From Candidatus Zixiibacteriota bacterium (GTDB taxonomy: Bacteria; Zixibacteria; MSB-5A5; GN15; PGXB01), in contig JBFZFV010000060.1 of the NCBI GenBank assembly GCA_041306185.1, positions 1 to 46,531 on the forward strand: a stretch of 46,531 bases of DNA. Direction: 5' to 3'. The translations under genes and the position numbers were made by a program. Shown in pieces: positions 1-9,485 of the stretch. Numbering within the stretch: position 1 is the stretch's first letter; each line of letters opens with the position of its first letter. Under the pieces are notes generated by a model, which saw only the letters and a program-made list of their open reading frames with translations, made no database searches and had not been told where the DNA came from.

Positions 1-2
1 GG

Positions 3-878
3 GTGGCCGCGATGCAGACTTTGATCGAGCTTTTCCCCAACACCATGGATTTCTATATCAACACCGCGCTTAAAGACAGCGATTTCGTGGTAGTATCGCA
101 GGGGGTGGATTTAATCGGGGAGCATCAGCTTGAAAAGTATCTTCCTCAGTTATCGACTTTGATCGGCATGGGAACGGAAGCCCATCCGGATTTAAAACGA
201 TCCATTGTTGCGGCAGTGGGGGAATTCATTCCGGGAGAGCATGATTCTCTGGCGGAAGATATCTTGTACCATTGCCTGCTTGATGTGGATTATACGGTCA
301 GCAAGGAGGCGGCTCGGATTTACGAAGAAAAGGTCGGGGTGGACAAATCGTCGTTCGTGGGGAGTCCGCAGGGGCTGGCCAATGTCGGAACGATTAAGAA
401 ATTCCTTCAGAAATACGACGGCAATCCTTACGCCGTGATCCGGACCAGTCGCGGGGATATCTGGATCGAGCTGTTCAAGGATATCGCTCCCCTGACGGTG
501 TACAATTTCATCGACCTGGCGCAAGAAGGATTTTACGACAGGCTGATTTTTCATCGGGTCATTCCCAATTTCGTTATCCAGGGAGGGGATCCTCGGGGAG
601 ATGGCTGGGGCGGACCGGGGTACACCATCCGTTCGGAATTCAGCAATGTCACGTACGGACGGGGCTCGGTGGGGATGGCCTCATCGGGGAAGGATACCGA
701 AGGGTGCCAGTTTTTCATCACGCATTCGCCGCAGCCGCATCTCGATGCCCGGTACACCAATTTCGGGAAAGTGCATGAGGGGATGGACGTAGTCGACGCC
801 ATTGTCCGGGGGGATACGATCCTGGCGGTTTCGATTTACGATGCACCGCCGAAACATCCGATTGAAAAGAAAAAATGA
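3..878 (+). CDS. Peptidyl-prolyl cis-trans isomerase, cyclophilin type, with an N-terminal HEAT-like extension. 5' end truncated by the window edge.
   Basis: C-terminal approx. 170 aa carry cyclophilin signatures (FHRVIPNFVIQGGDP, GMASSGKDTEGCQFFIT). The ORF is open from the first base. Confidence 0.8.
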   Translation: MAAMQTLIELFPNTMDFYINTALKDSDFVVVSQGVDLIGEHQLEKYLPQLSTLIGMGTEAHPDLKRSIVAAVGEFIPGEHDSLAEDILYHCLLDVDYTVSKEAARIYEEKVGVDKSSFVGSPQGLANVGTIKKFLQKYDGNPYAVIRTSRGDIWIELFKDIAPLTVYNFIDLAQEGFYDRLIFHRVIPNFVIQGGDPRGDGWGGPGYTIRSEFSNVTYGRGSVGMASSGKDTEGCQFFITHSPQPHLDARYTNFGKVHEGMDVVDAIVRGDTILAVSIYDAPPKHPIEKKK

Positions 879-895
879 TATAAAGGAGCGGATTT

Positions 896-1390
896 ATGCC
901 GCAGCGGATAAAACAAAAGGTCATATCGATAAAACTTCCTCCAGATCTCAACATTATCATCGGGATGTCGCATTTCATCAAGACGGTCGAGGACCTGTAC
1001 GAAGTGATTATCGGGACAAACAACATGACGGAATTCGGGATTGCCTTTTGCGAGGCATCGGGACCGTGCCTGGTACGTTCGGATGGCAATAACGATGAAC
1101 TGATTGAAATGGCCGAGCAGTACGCGTATGATATCGCGTGCGGTCATTCGTTCGTGATTCTGTTGCGAAACGCTTACCCGATTAATTTTCTTCCGCGGAT
1201 CAAGCAAGTCCCGGAGATAGTTCGGATATTCTGCGCTACGTCCAACCCGGTGCAGGTGATTATTGCCGAGACCGGCCAGGGGCGGGGGTTAATGGGCGTG
1301 GTTGACGGGTACATGCCGAAGGGGATCGAGAAGGAAGCGGACAAAAAGAAGCGCCACAAGTTCCTGAGGGATATCGGGTATAAGAGATAA
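896..1390 (+). CDS. Conserved hypothetical protein. Possibly adenosine-specific-kinase-like family (PF04008); function uncertain.
   Basis: 164-aa ORF 17 nt after the cyclophilin stop, same strand, with a compact globular composition. Family assignment is from memory and weak. Confidence 0.5.
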   Translation: MPQRIKQKVISIKLPPDLNIIIGMSHFIKTVEDLYEVIIGTNNMTEFGIAFCEASGPCLVRSDGNNDELIEMAEQYAYDIACGHSFVILLRNAYPINFLPRIKQVPEIVRIFCATSNPVQVIIAETGQGRGLMGVVDGYMPKGIEKEADKKKRHKFLRDIGYKR

Positions 1391-1406
1391 ATTCCGGTAA
1401 TTATTC

Positions 1407-1916
1407 TTAATGCACTTCCGTGAAGTGGATGCGGTCGTCCTTGAGGCCGGCCCAGAAGGTGCGTACACGCACTCCGGTGAAATCACGCAGTATGGTCAGT
1501 GCTGCTTCTTTTAAGTCCAGTTTTCCTTTCAGCGGTATTTTGATATCATGGTGGTACCCCTGCATCTTTTCGTACCAGCTGCAATCCTCATGATTGATGA
1601 TAATCACCTGTTTCAGTTCACCCTCTTTTATGGCGAACTTGATCTGTTCCCAGAGGATCTTGAAATTCTTCGGCAGTAATGTCTGCACTCCGAAGGCATG
1701 CACCCCTCCGCCTATAATCAGAGGGGTGTATGTTTCGATGCCAAGCTCTTCGGTGATAAAGCGCCGGAAGGCCGTTTGAAAACGGGGATCGCCACAGTGG
1801 ATGACCAGGGTATGCGATTCGGCGCTGTCGATCTTATAGTGCGGGTTTCCATCGACCATGACATCCGGTTCGATTTCTTCGAGCGGTTCATCGTTGCGCA
1901 TGTTATGTCGCCGCAT
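1407..1916 (-). CDS. Small beta-carbonic-anhydrase-like protein. Last gene of the nfeD-flotillin operon.
   Basis: CxDxR (LVIHCGDPR) and HxxC (VIIINHEDC) motifs, each after a hydrophobic strand, spaced 68 aa apart as in beta-CA zinc sites. GGAG RBS 9 nt upstream. Start lies 6 nt after the flotillin stop. Confidence 0.45.
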   Translation of the reverse strand: MRRHNMRNDEPLEEIEPDVMVDGNPHYKIDSAESHTLVIHCGDPRFQTAFRRFITEELGIETYTPLIIGGGVHAFGVQTLLPKNFKILWEQIKFAIKEGELKQVIIINHEDCSWYEKMQGYHHDIKIPLKGKLDLKEAALTILRDFTGVRVRTFWAGLKDDRIHFTEVH

Positions 1917-1922
1917 GAGTCG

Positions 1923-3560
1923 TTACTCCGATTTCTTCGAAGATTTTGACGGAGCCGTCACGGGGCCCGCGGCACTCCCCATGAGGTCATCGGCCTTGAT
2001 GCCGACTTTGCCGAGGAGTTCGGAGATATCGATTCCCGCCGCCTTGGCCTGTTCCAGTAACTGGAAGAGCATGGTCGGTCCGACCTTGGTGAGGCGGTTC
2101 AAAGCTCCGCCGTTTTCACCGGATCCGCCGCTGTCGACCACCACCAGCTTATCGATGTTCCCCATCGGAGCGGCAATGGAGCCGAAGACCGAACCGAGCG
2201 ACTGTATCGCCTGCGGCAGGACTTTCAGCACTTCGAGCGTGATAGCGGCCTGGTTGAACTGCTGGTAAGCCTTGGCCAGCTCCGAAACGGAAACGGCGCG
2301 GGCGAGTCCCTGCTTTTCGATGACGGTCGCTTCGGCCAGACCCTTGCTCTGGGTGACATCGGCTTCGGCGATACCGGTGGCGCGGGTTGCCGAGGCAAGA
2401 CCTTCACCCTCGGCCTCGCGCTTGTGCTGTTCGGCGTCGGCGCGGGCAATCGTGGCGTACTTATCGCCGTCGGCGCGGGCCAGCTGTGACTGCTTGTACC
2501 CTTCGGCCTCCCTGATACTGGCATCGGCTCGGGCCTTGGCCGGCACGACGACTTCCGCCTCCTGCGATTTCTGCTCGCGCATAATATTCTGTTCTTCCAC
2601 CGAAATCTGGGAGCGGGACCGTTCTTCTTCGATTTTCACTTCGGCCACAATCACTTTTTGGCGTTCATTGGCCGACCAGAGGGGGCCGGCCTGTTCGGTG
2701 ATGGCCTTTTCGCGCGAGATTTCGGCCTGGTATTTCTGCACGGCGACTTCGGTATTCTTTTGCGCTTCGGCTTCGAGCCGCTTGTTTTCCTGGGCGACCA
2801 CTTCCGCTTCCCGTTCGGCGTCGGTGGCCTTCATTTTCGCTTCGGAGAGCGCCTGGGCCTCGCCGACCGCGGCGTCACGCTTGACTTCGGCAGTCCGCTT
2901 CTTACCGAGTGCTTCGATGAAGCCCTGCTCGTCCATAATCGACTGCGGGTTGAAAACGTCGATTTGCATTCCCAACCGTGCAAGGTCTTCGCCGGCTTCA
3001 CGGAGGACCTGCTGGCGGAAGGCTTCACGGTCTTTGATCAACTGATCGACGGTCAGTGTTCCGACCACGCCGCGGAGGTTGGCCTCGAGCGTTTCCCGGG
3101 CCACCGAGGAAATCTGTTCCGGTTTCATACCAAGGAAACGAGCCCCGGCGGCCAGGAGTGACTGGGCGTCATCCTTGAAACGGATGTTAGCGACCGCTTC
3201 AACGGTGACCAGAACCCCATCCACGTTCGGCATGTTGCGGACGAAAATCTGCGGAAGAGATATTTCGGTCAGGTCGAGGAATTGCACTTCCTCGATAATC
3301 GGTTTACGGATACGCCCACCGCCGGTGACCACCACGGTCCCGGGGGGCAGGACGGTTACGGTGGCGCCGGGCGCTTCGGTCGGAGATACTCTGATAGCGG
3401 CCCGCTTGCCGCTGCGGGCTCCGTAGAAGAACGCCGCTTTGTTGGGTGGGACCCGCACATAGAATGCGGATAATGTCCTGACCAGGACAAAGAATGCGAT
3501 GATAATGGCCAGCCCGATGACCGGCCAGGTCATGTAACCCAGGGAATTTGAAAACTCCAT
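1923..3560 (-). CDS. Flotillin-family SPFH/band-7 protein (FloT/YqiK-like).
   Basis: N-terminal TM, SPFH domain, long EA-rich coiled coil (AEVKRDAAVGEAQALSEAKMKATDAEREAEV...) and a flotillin C-terminus. I place the start at the ATG (MEFSNS...) that has an AGGAGG RBS, rather than the upstream in-frame ATG at 3584. Confidence 0.85.
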   Translation of the reverse strand: MEFSNSLGYMTWPVIGLAIIIAFFVLVRTLSAFYVRVPPNKAAFFYGARSGKRAAIRVSPTEAPGATVTVLPPGTVVVTGGGRIRKPIIEEVQFLDLTEISLPQIFVRNMPNVDGVLVTVEAVANIRFKDDAQSLLAAGARFLGMKPEQISSVARETLEANLRGVVGTLTVDQLIKDREAFRQQVLREAGEDLARLGMQIDVFNPQSIMDEQGFIEALGKKRTAEVKRDAAVGEAQALSEAKMKATDAEREAEVVAQENKRLEAEAQKNTEVAVQKYQAEISREKAITEQAGPLWSANERQKVIVAEVKIEEERSRSQISVEEQNIMREQKSQEAEVVVPAKARADASIREAEGYKQSQLARADGDKYATIARADAEQHKREAEGEGLASATRATGIAEADVTQSKGLAEATVIEKQGLARAVSVSELAKAYQQFNQAAITLEVLKVLPQAIQSLGSVFGSIAAPMGNIDKLVVVDSGGSGENGGALNRLTKVGPTMLFQLLEQAKAAGIDISELLGKVGIKADDLMGSAAGPVTAPSKSSKKSE

Positions 3561-3613
3561 AATATCGACCCTCCTGAGATCCAATCGAGTTTGTATTTAT
3601 GTTCTGTTCTATT

Positions 3614-4126
3614 CTATTCTATAGGCTGTACTGTCACGACACTTGCGGTTTTGGCGATGATCTTCACCGGGGTTCCCCGTTTGATTGCTTTCCCGTCCGC
3701 GGAGCGGGCCAGGAAGGTCAGTTCCCGTCCCCTGATGATACATGCAACCTGTCCGTTCCGGTTTTCGCCGATGGCGTCGATTAAATTGGCGGTCTGCCCG
3801 ATGATGTCTTCGTCGTTGACCGTGGAGCTTTCCTGGCTGGCGTAGAACGCCCGCAGGATGACCCATCCGACCAGGCCGACTATCGCCGCCCCTCCGACTC
3901 CCGCCATGGAGCACTGGAACATCGACCATTCGGTGGTGGAACGGGCTCCGAATCCGGTGGCACCGAACCCTACCAGGAGCAGGGCCACCAGCTTGATGCT
4001 GAAAACACCGTGGCCGTGACCGGCATCAGCGTCGGCATCGACGTCGAAATCGCTGTCTCCTCCGAAGAACAGGCTGATCACTAGAATCAAAAAGCCTATT
4101 CCGAAAATCGTTGCAAAGATAATCAT
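3614..4126 (-). CDS. NfeD-family membrane protein (YuaF/YqiJ-like), the usual flotillin partner.
   Basis: N-terminal TM helices, an acidic DxD-rich loop and a C-terminal OB-fold-like tail (GTPVKIIAKTASVVTVQPIE), immediately upstream of the flotillin gene. Start chosen at the second ATG, which has a GGAGGG RBS; the alternative is 4141. Confidence 0.75.
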   Translation of the reverse strand: MIIFATIFGIGFLILVISLFFGGDSDFDVDADADAGHGHGVFSIKLVALLLVGFGATGFGARSTTEWSMFQCSMAGVGGAAIVGLVGWVILRAFYASQESSTVNDEDIIGQTANLIDAIGENRNGQVACIIRGRELTFLARSADGKAIKRGTPVKIIAKTASVVTVQPIE

Positions 4127-4302
4127 GGATCGTCCCTCCATGAGTTGTTGTTATCTGTTAAATATACCAGAAAGAAATATGTTTTATTCGGTATTGCCAC
4201 TTACTTTTTGCAAATGGTGCCGGGTTCGGGCTCCCTCAATATGTGATAAACTATTTTATTGCCGCGCGTATTATCAAATGCAAGAATTAACAGTTTCCTA
4301 AT

Positions 4303-4785
4303 ATGAAAGGACCATTTATGGCGGAAGCGACTTTAAAAGATGCCGTTACGCATCTTCTGGCGGTTCTGCGGGAGGCCTTTGAGGGCCCCCCGGAAAAGTG
4401 GAGTTACTTTACCGATAGCGGGCCCGAAGCGGGCTTTTTCGGGACCATTGCCAAACTGACCGCGGAGCAGGCCTCGAAAAAGATCGGGAATACTTCCATA
4501 GCGGCCCATGTGCACCATACCAATTTCAGCCTGAAGGCCATGGCGGACTGGCTGCAGGGAAAGCGGGACCGGCTGGACTGGAAAGAGTCCTGGTCGGTCA
4601 GCACGGTCGATGAATCCGGCTGGGATGAAATGCGGAAACGGATGCATGATGAGTACCTCGAGGTGAAAAAGAGGATCGAGAGCGACGCCTGCCGCGACGA
4701 AATGTCGCTGGGGGGCGCGATCGGTTCGATGGCTCATTTCGGATATCACCTCGGGGCAGTGCGCCAGAAGACGGCATTCCTGTAA
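4303..4785 (+). CDS. DinB/YfiT-like four-helix-bundle protein (DinB_2 superfamily).
   Basis: 160 aa with scattered His residues, including a C-terminal HFGYHLG HxxxH motif. Divergent from nfeD. Confidence 0.5.
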   Translation: MKGPFMAEATLKDAVTHLLAVLREAFEGPPEKWSYFTDSGPEAGFFGTIAKLTAEQASKKIGNTSIAAHVHHTNFSLKAMADWLQGKRDRLDWKESWSVSTVDESGWDEMRKRMHDEYLEVKKRIESDACRDEMSLGGAIGSMAHFGYHLGAVRQKTAFL

Positions 4786-4895
4786 TCTCTGCGGATTTTT
4801 CTGGCAAGAAATCACGGACAATAGCGCTTGAACGCGTCGGAATCCCGGCAGGGAGCGCGACGTTCTAAGAGAAAATATCTTGTAGAGTCGTCTGC

Positions 4896-5396
4896 TTACC
4901 GGACGAAGTTAAGCTCGGTGTCTTTGACTTTTTGTTCGGCGGTGAGCCAGTCTTCCCGATCGTGACCATGTTCGAAACCACGACGTTCGTACAGGTTGTA
5001 AGCTACCTTTTGGACCAGTTGCACCGGCAGTTGCTCGTCGTGTGAGCCCAGCTCAAGCGAGGCTTTGATGCCATCGCTGGACACTACGGTGACGGTCATG
5101 TCGCGTCCCTGGGCGTCTTTTTCGAGAATGATTTTCGCCGGGTCCTTGAGTGTCACCACCGGTTCGGCGAGATGTTCGGGATCGTCGTTAGCGGTCATCA
5201 GCTGGATACCATCGATGAATCTCCCCCTTTTTTCCAGGACCATTCCCAGAAACGGGCGGTCTTCGAGCGGGATAGTTTTCTTTTCCCGTTTACGTTCATC
5301 GATGATGTTCAATTCGGCATGTCGGTACTGATTGGCGGCGTTGAACTGCCGTAAAAACTTGGCCCAGCTGTTGCGCTTTATTTCTTGAGTTACCAT
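4896..5396 (-). CDS. Hypothetical protein with a C-terminal DUF2934-like motif.
   Basis: C-terminal AYNLYERRGFEHGHDREDWLTAEQ matches the DUF2934 signature. AGGAGGGG RBS precedes the ATG at 5396; the track start at 5417 is a GTG lying inside the RBS. Confidence 0.6.
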   Translation of the reverse strand: MVTQEIKRNSWAKFLRQFNAANQYRHAELNIIDERKREKKTIPLEDRPFLGMVLEKRGRFIDGIQLMTANDDPEHLAEPVVTLKDPAKIILEKDAQGRDMTVTVVSSDGIKASLELGSHDEQLPVQLVQKVAYNLYERRGFEHGHDREDWLTAEQKVKDTELNFVR

Positions 5397-5480
5397 ATCC
5401 CCTCCTTGGAATTTCACTCAATGCGGCCATGAAGCCGCTATCCGTTTAATCGGCCTAATCCCCTAAATTATTATACGAAA

Positions 5481-6692
5481 TTAAATACGAATCCCGCCAG
5501 TCATTCCTGTGCGGACGAGTTCGATTACGGGAGCCTCGGTCGGACACCCCAAACGAAACGGGAACCAGTGACCAATTCCGGAACTGACATAGAGACGGGA
5601 TTTGGAATTTCCGTAGAGTCCCCAAAGATAGCGGTCGGTCATCGCCGAAAAAACGCTGCGGCCCCCGATTCCGACCTGTCCGCCGTGGGTGTGACCGGCC
5701 AGGGTCAGGTCAACTCCGAGTTCTCGAGCGCGGTCGAAACCCTCGGGTCGATGGGACATCAGGATTTTAAAGGAATCGCTTCCGGTCAGGCGCATGGTGG
5801 TATCGACGGTGTTCTTCAGGAATTCCGATGTATCCCGGTTCAGATACCGCGGGTCATCGGCGCCGCCTATATATATTGTTGCCCCGTTTGCGGATACGGT
5901 GATTCCTTCGTCAATCAGGAGGGGTATCGTGGAGCGGTCGAAAATTTGCCTGACTCGGGTAATTCCCCGATAATATTCATGATTCCCGAGCGACGCAAAA
6001 GTGCCCAGGCGGGGATTGAAGGATTCTGCGATCTTGAGGGCTTCGGGTAATATGGAAAGGTCATCAGAGATGTCGCCGGACATTAAAACTATATCCGGCT
6101 TGAGCTTAGCAGCCTCCGGGAAAATAGCCTCCCAGTCGTGGAGGAACTTGTAAATACCCAAATGGGAATCGGATAAATGCAAAATGCGGAGACCTTCGAG
6201 TTCCAGGGGAAGGTTGTCGAATTCCATTGGCAGGAGGTAAACCTTTGTATCGGTGTAGGATGCGGATACTCCGCCGGTCCCCGCTCCGATGGCCAGAAGG
6301 GGGAAAGCCGCGGCAACTCCCTGAAGGACGGTCCGGCGTTCGGGATCATGAAGATCGGAATCGGGAGCGGTTTCCTTTTTACGCCGAAGCCGCGCGTATA
6401 GACGGTCGGCCAGGCCGAGGAAGCCGGTCAAAGGAAGGACTATTATCATTCCGGTCATTATTACCAGGAAAGCGGCGGTCAGGGGGCCTCCGGTTTCGGT
6501 AAACAATGAAATGGTAAATTTGCGTCCATAGAACCAGAGGCAGGCGCTGATTATGGCAAAAAGCGGTAAAGCTATCGCCGACCAGCGGATCCAGCGGATT
6601 TTCCACCAGCGTTTGTTGAAAAACCGGAGCATCAGCAGGATGACAATTCCCCAGATAACTCCCAGCAATATTATGGTGTAGAAAAACCTCAT
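5481..6692 (-). CDS. Membrane-anchored calcineurin-like metallophosphoesterase.
   Basis: About 5 N-terminal TM helices, then MPE motifs (GDxSD-like LSDSHLG, GNHEY, LAGHTHGGQ). Confidence 0.8.
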   Translation of the reverse strand: MRFFYTIILLGVIWGIVILLMLRFFNKRWWKIRWIRWSAIALPLFAIISACLWFYGRKFTISLFTETGGPLTAAFLVIMTGMIIVLPLTGFLGLADRLYARLRRKKETAPDSDLHDPERRTVLQGVAAAFPLLAIGAGTGGVSASYTDTKVYLLPMEFDNLPLELEGLRILHLSDSHLGIYKFLHDWEAIFPEAAKLKPDIVLMSGDISDDLSILPEALKIAESFNPRLGTFASLGNHEYYRGITRVRQIFDRSTIPLLIDEGITVSANGATIYIGGADDPRYLNRDTSEFLKNTVDTTMRLTGSDSFKILMSHRPEGFDRARELGVDLTLAGHTHGGQVGIGGRSVFSAMTDRYLWGLYGNSKSRLYVSSGIGHWFPFRLGCPTEAPVIELVRTGMTGGIRI

Positions 6693-6954
6693 GCCTTTCT
6701 TATACGTTTAAAATTCGGAAGGTTCAAATTCCTGTCATATTATCGCCAATTACGAATAAATAACCGAGGCGAAAAACGGCGGTCTGCGAAAAATCCAAAA
6801 AGGGCTTGATTTTGGTGCGTTCTATTTAATAGATTGAATTGAAAATAACAGGTATTCCGTTGGGGGTGGCTTGACGCCTGAGATCATACCCCCATGACCT
6901 GATCCGGATAATACCGGCGTAGGAAAACGGAATTGCGCATTTGCAGCGCCTTTG

Positions 6955-6997
6955 TCCACTATGCCCGTGTTGTTCGGGCAGGTGGCGATTTTTTTTG
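6955..6997 (+). terminator. Intrinsic terminator or attenuator hairpin plus T8 tract, immediately upstream of the TonB-dependent receptor RBS.
   Basis: Stem CCAC(TA)TGCCCG / CGGGCAGGTGG with loop TGTTGTT, followed by TTTTTTTT, then GAAAGGAG and the ATG at 7011. Confidence 0.55.
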
Positions 6998-7010
6998 AAA
7001 GGAGTTTGCG

Positions 7011-9482
7011 ATGCGTTACCTGTCCGGAATCCTCATTATCACACTTTTACTCTGTTCGCCATTGGCGGCCTCGGTTATCGGAGGCAAAGTCATCGACGAC
7101 AACGGCGAACCGATCGAGGGGGTAAACATTCTGACCGACCTGTCGTCGGTCAGCGCCGTTACCGCCGAAGACGGCACGTTCAGCCTCGAAACCGGCTCGG
7201 CAAGGCCGGGGTATCTATCGTTCAGCCATGTCAGCTATCAGCCCAAAATGATCAAACTGGCCGGAAAGGAAATCCCGGAAGATTTCACGGTGGTGATGAC
7301 TCCGGCGGTTTATCCCGGTCAGAAGATCCGCGTTACCGCGATGCGGGCCGAGCGGGGGCTGACTCCGGTTCCATTTGCCGATTTCACCGAGGATGACGTC
7401 GAGCGGGATTATACCATCAGTGATTTCCCGGTGCTTTTGGAAACCACGCCCAACATGCAGGCGGTATCGTACACCGGGGGGATCGTGGGGGCCAGCGATT
7501 ACAAAATCCGGGGGTTCGGCTACAAGCAGATCGGGGTGTATATCAACGGGATTCCGTTGAACGATCCCGAGGACCGTTTCACCTACTTTTACGATCTCCC
7601 CGATTTCGCCTCCGAAGTGGCCGATATCCAGGTCCAGCGGGGGGTGGGGAATTCGCTGTACGGCGATGCCACTTTCGGCGGGTCGATCAATATCGCTTCG
7701 GAAGGGCTGGAGCGGTCGCGGGAGGTCAGCTTTTCGACCGGCTACGGTAAGTACACCGACAACAACAATTTCGTGTCGGATATGCGGAAAACCGCGCTGG
7801 AATATTCTTCAGGGTTAATCGACGGCCGCTGGTCTTTGGCGGCGCGGTATTCCGAGATGTACAGCGGAGGGTACCGCGAACATGCCTGGTACGACGGCTG
7901 GGCGTACTATCTGTCACTGTCGCGGCTGGACGAAAACATGTCCACGACCATAAATGTCTACGGTGGGCCGATGAAAGCGGCCCTGGCTTTCAGCGGGGTC
8001 GACCGGGCCACGCTGACATCCGACCGCCGCTATAACCCGGTCTCGTACGGCAATGAAATCGACGATTTCAACCAGCCTCACTACGAGCTGCACAATACTT
8101 ACAAGCTCGGAGATAATGCCACCCTGAAAAATACCCTGTATTATATCCGGGGAGAAGGGTATTACGAGCAGTTCAAGGAAGGGCAGGGTATTGCCGGATA
8201 CAATATTATCACGGACGATTTAATCGACCCGGCGCTGACCGAAATCGACTTGGTGCGGCAAAAATGGGTGGAGAAAAACCAGTACGGCTGGAATCCGCGC
8301 CTGGAACTGGAACATCACAAGGGAACACTGGCGTTCGGCGGAGCATTCTACTATTTCGATTCCGACCATTGGGGACAGGTGGTGTACGCCGAAAACGTCA
8401 TGGCCGATTCCATCGGTCCCCGGCACCGGTACTACAATTATTTCGGAGAGAAGTATTCGGCTTCGGTTTACGCCCTCGATTACTATTCGCTGACCGAAAA
8501 ACTCAGCCTTATGGGGAATCTGCAGCTTAGGTATTTACGGTACAAATTCGACAGCCGGGCCATGGGAGAACTTCCGGCCTATGACTATGATGTCAACTGG
8601 GTCTTTTTCTCGCCGCGGGCGGGGTTGACCTATCATGTGAATAGGAATACCGATTTGTACTTCAGTTTCGGTATGGCGTCGCGGGAACCGGCCGATGTCA
8701 CCATCTATGACGCCGAGGAAATCGGCACCGTGCCGAATCTCGAAGTCAAGCAGGTGATTGTCGGGCCGGGCAATGACACCTCCTATGTTTTCGGAGATCC
8801 GACCGTCGACCCGGAACGGGTGTACAATTTCGAGCTGGGGACCAACCTCAACGGACGGAATTACCGGGCCGGGCTGAACGCGTTCTGGATGGAATTCCGC
8901 AACGAAATTATCCCTGAAGGAAAGGTCGACGAGAACGGGCATCAGAAGGTCGGGAATGCCGATCGTTCCGTTCATGCGGGAGTGGAATTTGACGGGACTT
9001 TGCGTCTGTACGACCGGCTCAGCATCGGAGGCAACGCTTCGTACAATTTCAACCGCTTGCGGAAATATACCGTCTATCCCGATTACGATTACGACGGGAC
9101 AGTCGACGATACCCTCGATTATTCCGACAATGTCATCGGCGGATTCCCGGAATATCTCGCCAATTTGATTTTGGACTACAAGACCGATCGATATCGTCTA
9201 ACCTATCGTCTGCGGGGAATCGGGAAGCAGTATGTCGACAACGGCGAAACCGCAGTGCTGGCCATCGATCCCTATATCGTTTCATCGCTGTCGGCATCGG
9301 TATCGCTGGGAGCACTGGACGGGCTGGGAGTTTTAACTCTTTCGGGGCGAATCGACAACCTGTTCAACCAGGAATACGAAACTTCGGGTTATTCCTACTG
9401 GTGGGGGCCGGATCTGGTCGGCGAGTACTATATCGGGGCGGAACGGAGTGTCTACGTGCAATTGAAATGGGAGCTGAACTAA
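7011..9482 (+). CDS. TonB-dependent outer-membrane receptor with an N-terminal carboxypeptidase-regulatory-like domain.
   Basis: Signal peptide; CarbopepD_reg-like segment (GKVIDDNGEPIEGVNI); plug region (DFPVLLETTPNMQAV...GFGYKQIGVYINGIPLN); a long beta-barrel ending in an aromatic residue. Confidence 0.85.
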   Translation: MRYLSGILIITLLLCSPLAASVIGGKVIDDNGEPIEGVNILTDLSSVSAVTAEDGTFSLETGSARPGYLSFSHVSYQPKMIKLAGKEIPEDFTVVMTPAVYPGQKIRVTAMRAERGLTPVPFADFTEDDVERDYTISDFPVLLETTPNMQAVSYTGGIVGASDYKIRGFGYKQIGVYINGIPLNDPEDRFTYFYDLPDFASEVADIQVQRGVGNSLYGDATFGGSINIASEGLERSREVSFSTGYGKYTDNNNFVSDMRKTALEYSSGLIDGRWSLAARYSEMYSGGYREHAWYDGWAYYLSLSRLDENMSTTINVYGGPMKAALAFSGVDRATLTSDRRYNPVSYGNEIDDFNQPHYELHNTYKLGDNATLKNTLYYIRGEGYYEQFKEGQGIAGYNIITDDLIDPALTEIDLVRQKWVEKNQYGWNPRLELEHHKGTLAFGGAFYYFDSDHWGQVVYAENVMADSIGPRHRYYNYFGEKYSASVYALDYYSLTEKLSLMGNLQLRYLRYKFDSRAMGELPAYDYDVNWVFFSPRAGLTYHVNRNTDLYFSFGMASREPADVTIYDAEEIGTVPNLEVKQVIVGPGNDTSYVFGDPTVDPERVYNFELGTNLNGRNYRAGLNAFWMEFRNEIIPEGKVDENGHQKVGNADRSVHAGVEFDGTLRLYDRLSIGGNASYNFNRLRKYTVYPDYDYDGTVDDTLDYSDNVIGGFPEYLANLILDYKTDRYRLTYRLRGIGKQYVDNGETAVLAIDPYIVSSLSASVSLGALDGLGVLTLSGRIDNLFNQEYETSGYSYWWGPDLVGEYYIGAERSVYVQLKWELN

Positions 9483-9485
9483 CGC

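Noticed and set aside
2272-3161. Long + strand ORFs (2272..3045, 2658..3161) and many similar antisense ORFs (e.g. 39968..41419 -, 41423..42592 -, 43633..44661 -, 14568..15365 +, 19563..20309 -).
   Set aside because: They lie entirely inside strongly supported genes on the opposite strand (flotillin, scaffoldin-like genes, mnmG, etc.). Their products are low-complexity and Arg/Ala/Ser-rich, typical of shadow frames in GC-rich DNA.
6715-6745. ggaaGGTTCAAATTCCtgtc resembles a tRNA T-arm.
   Set aside because: The flanking bases cannot form a T-stem (GGAAG vs TTCCT), and no acceptor or anticodon arms are present. Not a tRNA.
6693-7010. Definite cobalamin-riboswitch call for the TonB-dependent receptor leader.
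   Set aside because: Only loose resemblance to the B12-box core (ACUA rather than ACUG, and no clear GGUGAAAAUCC-like element). Kept as a generic riboswitch or attenuator candidate pending a covariance-model scan.
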